From assembly GCF_964204645.1 (NCBI RefSeq), contig NC_134028.1, forward strand, positions 27,028,345-27,092,344: 64,000 nt of DNA. The letters are read 5' to 3'. This document shows, in pieces, positions 48,901 to 60,900 of this stretch. The position numbers and the translations under genes are program-made. The notes beneath the pieces were generated by a model that was not told the DNA's origin, made no database searches, and worked only from the letters and a program-made list of their open reading frames with translations. Positions within the stretch are counted from its first letter, which is position 1. Each line of letters begins with the position of its first letter. The DNA comes from Tubulanus polymorphus (Eukaryota; Animalia; Nemertea).

Positions 48901-51900
48901 AAATCGTGATCGTAATTCGAACTTACCTCCAACTGATATGAATTCAAAAATCACCGCACTCGTCGTGTAAAGATTCGTATTCGGATTAATCAAGACAAAC
49001 TCGACGAATACAGCTCGAGTGTATCGATCTATCCACGAATTATCGTATAGTGTCTGTATATTAGAGTACGCCTGGTCAGCAGTGGTTCCTAAATCAGCCA
49101 CGTAGCCCCCTCCCGAATAGGTAGCTATAACCCCTGAGGTCGGGTAACCAGCCAGGTCAATAGCAGTGCGATACGACCAACTTACATCAGGTTTATCAGA
49201 AGAATCTGAAAATATAGCGAAAATTACTGATTATTCTTTAAGAATTTCTGCCCGGAAACGATGAAAATTAAAAGTTTTTTTTATTTCCGCTTATTTTTGT
49301 GCAGATTTTACCTGATTCATTGACCGTTTTATACCTGTCTATTTTACCTGATTTATTGACTGATTTTACCCGATTTATCGACCGGTTTTAGCTGGATTAT
49401 TTTACCCGATTTATTGACTGATTTTACCCGATTTATCGACCGGTTTTTAGCTGGATTATTTTACCTGATTTATTGATCGGTTTCCAGCCTATTTTGAATT
49501 GTCTTTCTTCCTGATCAAACATGTTGTAACTATCTCGACATTCACTGATCAACGCTTTCAGTTTATTTTTGATTTCACACGATTTCTCTAGTAGAAAAAA
49601 ATTTACAATTTATTAATTTTCTATTTTTAAAGATATGGAAACATAAATTGGCAAATAACGTATGGCAAAACCAACACGTGATCTGAGATCTCAAAATATT
49701 ATTCAAATCAACGCTTTCAAAGAGATCAATTTCTAACTCAAAAATTATAATGACATCATAAGGACATATATGACGTAATCATGGATTCATCGTGCATGTT
49801 CACTTAGCAGGTTCAGTTGCCCGCAGATCCTCGCGGTAACTGTGGCGGAATGTAGACCATGAGAGGTAACAAGCATGAAAAAGTTGCCAGGTCGGAGATT
49901 TTTTCTGAATTTTTTCAAAACCCACCTGGTGACAGTCGCAGTTGTCTAAGTCGAGGTGCGTTAATCATCCAATTCTGATCATCAGCGATAAATTTTTGTC
50001 CTGGTTTAGAATTCACTCGTCGACCTTGATGCCACAATACCGAGTATATCGACGGTACGAACGAATGGAACATGTAATACCAGAACTTCTCGTGTGAAAC
50101 AACCTTTTATAAAAAAAGATAGGAAAAGATTTTAAATAAAGATATCTTTATACTTCAATTATCATTGCTATTATCATTATCATTTTTAATCGTTTCATCT
50201 ATTCATTTATTGGATTATCAATATCTAACAATAACAAATGGTACGGAATATTTTTCACTTTGTCATCTCCGGGTTTCGACGATTCGAGAAATCAGACCAG
50301 TTCAACGGTTCGCCGTCAAAATTTGATTTTATACTATTTTTGTTTCAGTGTATAAGTCTTAACTCGACAAACAACCGATGACGTCACTCGTATCCCTCAG
50401 TAATTCCACTCAGGTATTCGGACCTTTCACAGTTTTGTATGAATCTAGAGTGAACCCATTAATTAAAGATGAATGAGTCCAATCTATCTAGAACCGTGCG
50501 AAACTGTGTCCAGTCTAGAACTTTCGAACGGATAATCAAGATAGAAAAATTGCGATATTTACAGCCGACATTGTCGTGTCTCCGTTAGTACTATTGGCCG
50601 CGTATACCCCCAATTCGATGACGTTTTTCACAGAATGATTCTGATAGAATCCGGCTGGGCCTCGTTCCACGTAGATCACAAACATTAATAAAACCACGAA
50701 GAACACGTATAACGAAACTTCTTTGATCACTTTGTTCATTTTCAGTTCCTTCAATCTGTAATAAATCATAAACATTATAATAACTACATAATTTGGAATT
50801 TCAGTTCAGGTTCGTGTTAACAATCTCCCAACCAGCCTGAACCGGTAAAACATGAATTCATTCAGGTCATAGGAATTAGAGGTCAAAAACCAGTAATACA
50901 AATTATGAGTTAATATAGTAAATGAATTGATATAACAATAGAATGACGGGGATTGAAAGGGGATCGTGTACCTCTCTTCACGAGCTGCCGCTAACTGATG
51001 TCCATCAGGCGGAGGATAATAAACACGTTTCGGTATATCCGCTATTACGTGTACGAATTCCTCATCATTCGCCAGATGAGGATTTTCTCTCTCGATAATT
51101 TTCGCGTCGTCCTCATCGTCATCTTCCTCTTTCTCCGGTTTTCTGATGACCAACGCGTAAATAGAAGCCACTAGTATTATCTGTAAATAAGACAAGTAAG
51201 TTCGATAGAGCCGCCATCACCCGACAGATAGTGGGTTCCAGATACGGGTAGATAGAGTTAGGACTTAAACCGAACTTATTCTAACTGTTATATTTAACAA
51301 CCCGGAAATTGCGTCCACAGGAAGAAGACTGGCCACTTACTTACTTTGATATGATTTATTTTTAAGAAAAATTTTTACAAAAATAATGAATAAGGAAATG
51401 CATTAAAGATGTAATAATATTAAACGAAAGACTGCTTTGAAGCAACATTTAGTTTATTGAAGAAAGCAGCCCTAGAGGAAAAAATAACTTTTAACCAATT
51501 TTGATTTTCACTATGTCAGTTATATAGACTGGTTAACTGTAACCATTTTTAGCAGGTAAGTGCTTGAATGAATGAAATTCCAATATTATGACAACTAACC
51601 TTAACGGGTTGAGTGAGGAATATTGACTGTACGACGCTCGTTGAGAATGATGACACAAATTCAATGGCGCCTTTTTTACCGAGTATTTGACCAGCAGTTA
51701 GTACGACCCACATAAACGAGAACGCAATCGTACCAAACGTCAACATATAAGTGAATATTAACATCCACCATGGCAACTGAAACTTCTTCTTCTTCGGTTT
51801 TACTGGTTCTTTCTTCATGCCTAACGGTTGCACTGGATAACCTACATAGACATGTGAATTGCAGAAACCTATTTGTTTGACTTAAAGTGCTTATGTAACT

Positions 51901-54900
51901 AATAACGCATTGCTTTGCCCGCACAGAAAGCTGGAAGTTTTCTCTCCTTTTTTGCGCTTGTTGATAAATTGTAAATGTAACTGTTGTTTGTATTTTCTCT
52001 CATTTAATGCCTGTTTGTTGTACGTTTTCGTAAAATAAATTTGAATTTGAACTTGAACTTGAGAAGAGGGGCGTCTGTTCAGTCAGTCAATACACATTAC
52101 CTGGTTGAAGTCCACCTCCGTAGTTTGTCATCGATGGATTAATGATGAACACTCCTTTTTCATCCAATCCTTCAAGCGCTATTTGCTCGTGCGACTTTTC
52201 TAGAGCGATTTTAAAATCTGCTTCACTCGCCGCCGACGACAGAAGACTTTTCGAATCTAATGACGGTGATGCCGGGGATTTCTTTCGGCAACATTTACGG
52301 CGAAATCCGGCCCAACATCCGCCGAAACTATAAGGACAAGGTTTTACACTGCGGAACATGATGACTATTACAATGTTTATAGGAACCACGACCAGTCCAC
52401 TTATAACACCGATATATATCGAATGTAAGCTGAATTTGATCGGTCCTGAAAGTAAAAAAAGATGATTAAAGGGTAGAAATAGCATTGTATTGGCGGCATT
52501 CGTATCTCTATATAGTGGTTTTAAATTACAATATTAATAAATTCTGATTTCAATTTTTTCGATTCTATATTTCTCCTTATCCTATTTTTGCCTCAACATT
52601 TTTTTCCGATTAGTTATTTTCCTAATTCCGATTAAAACTCTGTGCCACGTATCGGGTATCAATATTTCATATGTTTACCTAATTCTATCATCGTCGGATT
52701 TTGAACGTCAGATTCGTTCCCGAAAAACATGATCGAAGCCATCATTGATGTGAACAGTAAACTCAATATAGAAGTGAGTCGCTGAACGCGTGTGAATTTA
52801 CTGCGAGGAGGTCGCGTGATCACAGAGAACCACAGATGATCGTCTGTCAGATTCTTTCTGGCTTTCAAAGCGAATAGATGATTAAAACTGGTCAATTCGT
52901 CGCTACCAGCAACAGGAATAACTCGATCAATCTGAAATTGATTAGAAAACAACTCGAGCACAAACTGAAAACAAAAATATGACTTTCTAATTCTTGTAAA
53001 TTTTTGATTGAGAATGTTTTCTCAATTTATGTAAAATACAGTAAATCGAGCCTCTTGGTAGCTCTGGGACAGCAGTACATATCTTGTAAGAATCAGGGAA
53101 CTCGGTAGTGTTAAGACTGCTTTAAATATTTCACTGAGTTGAGAATCAGGGAACTCGCTTGCGCGTTGGGACTGCAGTATTTCACAGAGTTGAGAATCAG
53201 GGAACTCGCTAGCGCGTTGGGACTGCAGTATTTCACAGAGTTGAGAATCAGGGAACTCGGTAGCGTTGGGACTGCAGTATTTCACTGAGTTGAGAATCAG
53301 GGAACTCGGTAGCGTGTTGAGACTGCTTTAAATATTTCACTGAGTTGAGAATCAGGGAACTCGCTAGCGCGTTGGGACTGCAGTATTTCACCGAGTTGAG
53401 AATCAGGGAACTCGGTAGCGTTGGGACTGCAGTATTTCACCGAGTTGAGAATCAGGGAACTCGCTAGCGTTGGGACTGCAGTATTTCACCGAGTTGAGAA
53501 TCAGGGAACTCGCTAGCGCGTTGGGACTGCAGTATTTCACAGAGTTGAGAATCAGGGAACTCGCTAGCGCGTTGGGACTGCAGTATTTCACCGAGTTGAG
53601 AATCAGGGAACTCGCTAGCGCGTTGGGACTGCAGTATTTCACAGAGTTGAGAATCAGGGAACTCGGTAGCGTTGGGACTGCAGTATTTCACAGAGTTGAG
53701 AATCAGGGAACTCGGTAGCGTTGAGACTGCTGTAAATATTTCACTGAGTTGAGAATCAGGGAACTCGGTAGCGTGTTGGGACTGCAGTATTTCACAGAGT
53801 TGAGAATCAGGGAACTCGGTAGCGTTGAGACTGCTGTAAATATTTCACTGAGTTGAGAATCAGGGAACTCGCTAGCGCGTTGGGACTGCAGTATTTCACA
53901 GAGTTGAGAATCAGGGAACTCGGTAGCGCGTTGGGACTGCAGTATTTCACAGAGTTGAGAATCGAACAATAAACGGGTCTCTCAAATTTTGATAAACTCT
54001 ACAGACTGGGAAGAGCCTGAATGAAATCATCCAAGATCAATGTCACTGATGTCAGTAATGTAATCTATACCTGGCCGTCGTCCTCCTCAACTGCGAGCCA
54101 TCTGTCACAGATGAAATAGAATTTATCCCCAGTTTGGATGTCCTCGATCATCATTCGACTGAAAAACCATGCGGGTTTCTTCCCGGAATTATCGTGCCAA
54201 ACCCTGTAACGATCAGACATTCAAATTACACATCATTCAGGTTCCCGAGAGAACGGAATCTCGAGTCTTTTTAAATTCTTTGATTTTTATATATCATGAT
54301 TTCTATTGTTGGTTGGATAAGTGACTTCTGACCTCTGATACAGATCTACCCACATAAGCCTGGAGTTACCTTAGACGGTAATCAACCGTTACATTTAAAA
54401 TATAGCAGTGTTTTAAAATGGCCACCACTGCCATTCCTGAAAATCGCATGTTCGACCCTAACTAGATAAACTGACCTAGACTAGTAAACCCAAAGTTTTT
54501 CTCATTATATCATAGTCGAAGTATCAGAGGTTTTCAGAACCTGCAACTGTCATATTCTTCGAACTGACGAAGGCGGTCAGTATCAGGAGAACCTGACCTG
54601 ACTAATTCAGCACCCTATTTTGCACTGAACCCAACCACTATTACACTGGTTTCGTTTTTTAATTCCAGTTTATAATGGTTTCTATATATTCATACTAAGT
54701 CACCTAATATGTGATAGTTGTCCCAGAGTTGAAGATGTCGCCATCACGAATGTGTTCGTTTGTCCAGCTTGGAATATCTTGCGTTTATTATCTTCAAATA
54801 ATCGAGGTTCGCTTTCTCGATCATCGCCGACGAGTATAAACGAAACTCGCGCTGTTGTACCTGAGTGAAACGTGGTGGTATCAGTTTATATATCATGTTC

Positions 54901-57900
54901 CAATCAGGGTTCGATTTTTCATTTCTATTCACAGCTACCAAAAGTTTGCATATCAATGATGCTGCTAGGCAGAAAACCCGTTATTGCTACACTGTAGCTA
55001 TATATTAACAATTGTGTTAGTATCGCTTGTGTGGATTATTATGACTATTTTGATAGAATCGATAAAAATGTCGTTACCTGCATTCTTTGCGAATCCAGTA
55101 TAGACTGTTATCTCATACATGTATTTATCTCTAGGATTATTACTCGCTAGAGGAGTCGCTCCTACCTACAATCATACAATCATACAACATGCACGTGTTT
55201 TAGTAGAATAACTATACGAGATAATTGTGGCGATATTTTGCTAGCTATTTTCATAATTCTCTGCAAATATCAGAAATTCTTTCTTTAAGAAAACTGTGGT
55301 CATAGCCCCTCTGTGTTGAAATAAACATCATTTTGAAAAATAACTTTGTAAAGGAAATCACTTTTGAGCGGGAATTTAATCCATGGGCTTAAAAGGAGTA
55401 TCGCGCGCCCAGGCTTCTTACCTTCAGTTTATCTAAACCATCCATCCACCTGGCCCAGATAACCGCCAATAAATAAACGCCGAATATTGAACACATGAAC
55501 GCCAGGGCGACCGGATTTTTAGCTAATTCACTCGGTGATAATGAACTCAAATCGGCAAAATTCGGAACGTTCATCGGAACGACGAACATGCTGGCAAACG
55601 ATGTCAGGTGATTACAGAAACATTGAGTAGCTTGAATGTTCGACCTGTTACCAACCTTTAGAAAAACACGAAAAAACTCATATCGTTAAACCAATCAGTA
55701 ATCACCAGCTGACATATAGCTAGCTGTTCATTAAAACTATCGCTACACGTGTATTACGGGATTCAAGACTTCCAGAATATAATTCTACAGATCTAGATCC
55801 AAGTTCTATAGATCTAGTTCCACAATTCTGGATCTAGTTCAGGTCCTAGTTCCGCAGATGGATAAAGTTCCATCGTTCTGAACTCAGTTCCGAAGTTCTG
55901 GATCAAGTACAAGAGGTTTTGACTCGGTACCACGGTTGCACGTTCTGAACTCAGTTCCGCGGTTCAGGATCCAGTTCTTTAATTTTTGGTTACAGATTTG
56001 AAGCACTAGAGCCGAATTTAAACAGTGGAACTGGATGAGGAATAATAACTCACCCTGCACCCTTCGCTCGACCATCTATCATCTTCATCGCTCCAATAAC
56101 GACAAGACATTGTATAAATCTCTGAACTTAGTTGCGTCACCACAAAATCCTGATCGTTGATATTTTCAGTGGTGACTGAAATGTTAACAACTTTAGTCTT
56201 TTAAATTTGTAAGTAGGTTTTGATTTATATCATTTGCGAGTTTGAGTCGTATAAATGTGTAAAAAGTCGAATACAAACCTTCATGTGTGAGATTATCTAA
56301 GAATGCTCTCACTCCTATATAGAACAACACTTTCTCATCCCTATCAGTAACAACAAAGAGAGCCGAAATTATCGCACAATTAAGAAGTGTATCGGATAAA
56401 AGGATATCAAAACTTGATTTGACTTGTTTGTAGGTTAAGGTGGAAATAGTCATGAGCCGCGATCACACGAGTTTCTTATGGCCGACTAAAAAAGCAACTG
56501 AACTGTTTGGCATTGTTTAGTATCGAATGAGTGGTTTACGTGTGAACGCGCTCTCTAATCAGACAAATCGTCTCCGTGTGATCGCGGCTATGAGCAGTCG
56601 ATGGTTTAGTCGGGGTCCTAGGAAAAGTTGACTGTATTTATTTTGTCTCATCTATACTCACGTTATATTCAACTGTTCGTGGTCCCAGAAACACGTCGTT
56701 AAACTTGGTGACTTCGGTCTTTTCTGAGCGCACCTATCAGTGTCGATATTTCTACCCGTCGAGTTCACATCGTTTTCGCTACTATTTGAAACACGTGTTT
56801 GACGGGAGGCGACGGGTAGGATACACAAGTCGTTGTATATTCCTGTAGTTGGTTGCGATTCTCTGCGCAGATAAATGGCGAACCTGACCGTCTGATTCGG
56901 GTAGGTCGTATTCACGCTGTAATCAACGTCGTACTCTTCTTGCGTAACGTTTCCGTAAGCGTCCGTGACGTTACGCGTAAACGTCGTTACGTTCAAAAAT
57001 TGCGAAATATTTACGGATAATGCTCCGTAATCGGATACGTTCACGGAAAATGTATTCATCAATAGATCATCAGAGATTGTCCACCCGAGCACAGGCGGAA
57101 CCGGCTTCTGATCTTTACCGGCGTCAATCCATATTTCAATATCATCCGGTAAATTGGACATGTTTAGTGAATGACCGCTATCATCTATCATTGATAAACT
57201 AGTCACTGGACTACTGACTTTAGACGCTTCTGGTGACCAAACGTAAGGGTTTGAAGCTACTGTTGAAGCCTGAAGAAAATATAAAAAACATTTTTCATTT
57301 TTTCATCAATTTAAGTATCAAACTCACCCCTTATTCGGGCAAATTCTCGTTTGATTTCATGTTTAGGTTTAATATCTATGTATTGAATGAAATACATGGA
57401 GGGTTCATAGATGATATCGAAATATATCTGGTTCACTATTTTATCAGTTCTGAACTTTCGAATTCCGTTTTAAAAGGTAGATATCCACTACTTCCTTTCA
57501 CACACTGCGGTAAGGTTTTTATAAATGAAAATAATGATTAGCATCCTTCGAGACCGCGGGACCCGCTACAGAGACAGATCAACAAAATACAAATATATAA
57601 GGTCAGGTTTTAAGTGAAGAATGTTTATGTACCTGGCTCGATAACGAAAATGCCGTCTCATTTTCATTACCGAACATATTTTTGTTGTCAGCGAATTTCA
57701 TTCCCGCGCAGCTGTGACCTTGACCGACGTCCAGCGTTTCTACAACGAAATCCACACAGATTTTATTTCAATCCTCATTTATTCGAAATACTTAAAAACG
57801 TTTTTTATATTTGGAGGAAGATAAAAGATTCATTTCGAACTAATTAAATTGATTACGACATCGGTAGTATTTGGTTACAAGGTAAACTGAGTATAGTGAG

Positions 57901-60900
57901 ATATCATTACGATAACTTCTACATAACTTCTGTATTTCAAATTTGCTTCACCGATTAGGTCATGATTCGATCATGTGACCCGAGGTTCGCTGCACAAATG
58001 TTGGTTTGAATCAACAGTCGAATAAGGCAACAGCGAAATTAAAATTGCCACTAAGCCTTGTATATAAGTGTCTGATGGATGATCAGCTATGATTAGTACT
58101 TGAGTATGTTTTGTTGTAATTTGCTTACGGTTAAGGAAGGCAGCGGGTGAGTCCTTTTTCATGAACATAGTCACTGATGGAGATGTGATGATAGTCGGCG
58201 CTTCGCCCATCACTTTCTTCTTTAAAACGGAAGATGACACGCCGGACAGCAACCCTTGCATTCTCGACGTAGCTTCCTTAGCCTGAATTAATAGATAAAA
58301 TAAATGATGGGAATTTGTTTATAAAAAATCAACAAAAGCGGATTTTCTGCAAAAGCAATGATTCTCAAAACAGGGATATGGTTGAATGCAGGAAGTCTTA
58401 ATAAACGGATTTATTCTTAAAACGGTTTTGTGGTGAGTGTAATGAGGACTCCGCAGTCTCCTGTGGCAAGCGAGGATCCACCGACGTGCATTAAAACAAC
58501 GACACCGGATTCCTTCTCAGATTCCTTCTCGGATTCAATGAAAATTCATCCATAATTTCTCCAAATTCTACGTACAGTGAAACATATCGCGTTAACTACT
58601 GTCGAGCTCTGGAGATCAATCCGACATGATTTACCTAATGGATTTACCTGTGAGAGGCTAAAATTCTAGATGAAAATCCACTTTATATAGTTTTCCTAAT
58701 GACGTGTACGCCATTGAGCGGAAAAGCTGGTTTAGCACGGGTCCACATCGCTTTCAAAGATCTTATCTTTGAAAAAAACATTGACGGGAGTGTGGATGGG
58801 TAGGTATGGGTCAAAAATTTAAAATCACACAGTCTTATTGGTTGAATATAAGATTATGGTCAATGTGCAGAGAGTCCACGGCAAACTGTGAGGGGTCACT
58901 CAGAATAACTTACAAACTTGGTCGAATTTCCCTAAAACATTTAAAAGATTTAAGAACGAACATATTATCATCGTTTCATGCGGTTCTTGGAAAATTGAAA
59001 CACGAATTTATTAGATTGACACAAATCCCAAACTTAAGAATGAAAAGAAAATGTTTCATTGAGCTTATATTCATTAGACGTTTCGTATTACTACAGTCAT
59101 CATCAGGAATATTAGTGGTAGGCCTATTGCAAAATATGAATAAGATTAAAATTACGAGATACATGTACGATCCAGAATAATGAGTCTAAATAACCGAAAC
59201 AACAAATGTCTTTGTTAAGTCCTTAAACATTAAACTTTGATATATATGTTGAACAGGGTCTTGTTTACTTACCGCTTTTTCTGTGGTGCCCGTTTTTTCT
59301 GTAAGGGCTGATTGTGCATCAAAAACATTAGCTACAATACAGAATGAGAACAAGAGACTTCAATGAGAGAATTAGATGAATTTTATATTCTTTTTTGCAA
59401 ATCACATTTTAAACAATCAGACTCAAGTGAATCGTTTGGGGATGTGTATAACACTCGAGCCATTATTGTGTCGTGAAAAATGTGAATAAATATTTGTTTA
59501 TTTCGACTTATACGAAATTTTTTTCTAAATATGTGGACAGAGCGTTTCATCATTTCAATGGTAATTGTGTCTTCAAAAAGACGGCGATATAGAATATTTT
59601 AATGCTGATCTTACACATGAGTTTCACTTGCTCAGTACATGCTTGTTCAACCTGTTCAGCTCCGACGCTAGGGTTATCCGCCAGTCCCTGCAGCGCTGTG
59701 TCCAAGTTCTCGCAGATATTCTGAATATCATTCTTTTAATTGGAACGAGAAAATGCGATTAATACAGAAATGTCTCTCAGCAATCTATGATTTGTTTCTA
59801 AGAGACGGTCATTTTAAAGTGTGAATAGTTTAAGCGTTAATTGAAAGTGTTAATTAAGGAACAGTAATCTCCCCCAGGCGAATATTTAATTAAGACACTT
59901 ACGAGCGCACTTTCGGTGACTTCATTCGGTTTTCCTACGATCGCCGAAGCCGCTTGCCCGATCACTTTGACACTTTCCAAATCAGCGCGAACCGGGACAC
60001 TGGCCAGATTCGAGGCAGCCGTTTCACGAAACTGGAAAATAATAGCATAATATACCGTCGATGATTGACAATAGCGCGGTAACATATTGGCAACATATTC
60101 TTTATTTAGACTATAGTGAAAATATGTAATGATAAAAAACCGGCAATCCTAATAAGTTTTTACGATAAGTTAATAAAAACATCCCGCATTAAGAATTGAA
60201 ATAGAGTATAATTATTTGTAATCAAACATATTTCATGACTATCATATCTTGAATGTTCATGTATATTGAGAGGATTTGCACTAATTCGGCAATATATCGG
60301 GGCTAGACTGGTTGCCTTATAGACTGGTTGCCTGATTGTCGATACACTGTAGTGTATACGGGATATCGACAAATTCAAGTTCTTGAATTACTCGTTTGAT
60401 GGCGCTAGTCAAAACCGGAAATTGGACCCTAAATCCGCCATGTTCTAGTTCATTTGCAATAAAAATCTCTCGCTTCAAGTTTTTAGTTAGCGATATTTTA
60501 CTTACTATACATCGTTACGCATAATCCTTTAAGTATGATATCCTGACAATGTTTTAAATTCGATGTAACTTCACTTTGAACGCTAAAGATCACTATAAAT
60601 GTGAAAAAACTACCAAAAATCACAAATTTAGCGATGACGCTCGAAGCAGCTAACGGAAGCAATGACTGGTGCCGGCTGGTCATCACTTTGTTGTTGAGTT
60701 CAAGACTCTAAGGTTAATTCATTGCAGGCTACACTGATAAATATGAAATAATATTATGAAATAAAATTGATTTTTGAAGGACTACACTCCTCGTAGATTC
60801 ATAATAAAAATATGAAAAGTACCAGGACTCGAACCAACAATCGAAATTGGGCCGTCAAGTGCTGCCACCATGTGATACCTGGCAACCAGTCTTTACATCT

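Noticed and set aside
53089-53963. CRISPR-like appearance of the regular repeats (also 17369-17881 and 33428-34087)
   Set aside because: Head-to-tail units with no unique spacers, no cas genes, eukaryotic intron context.
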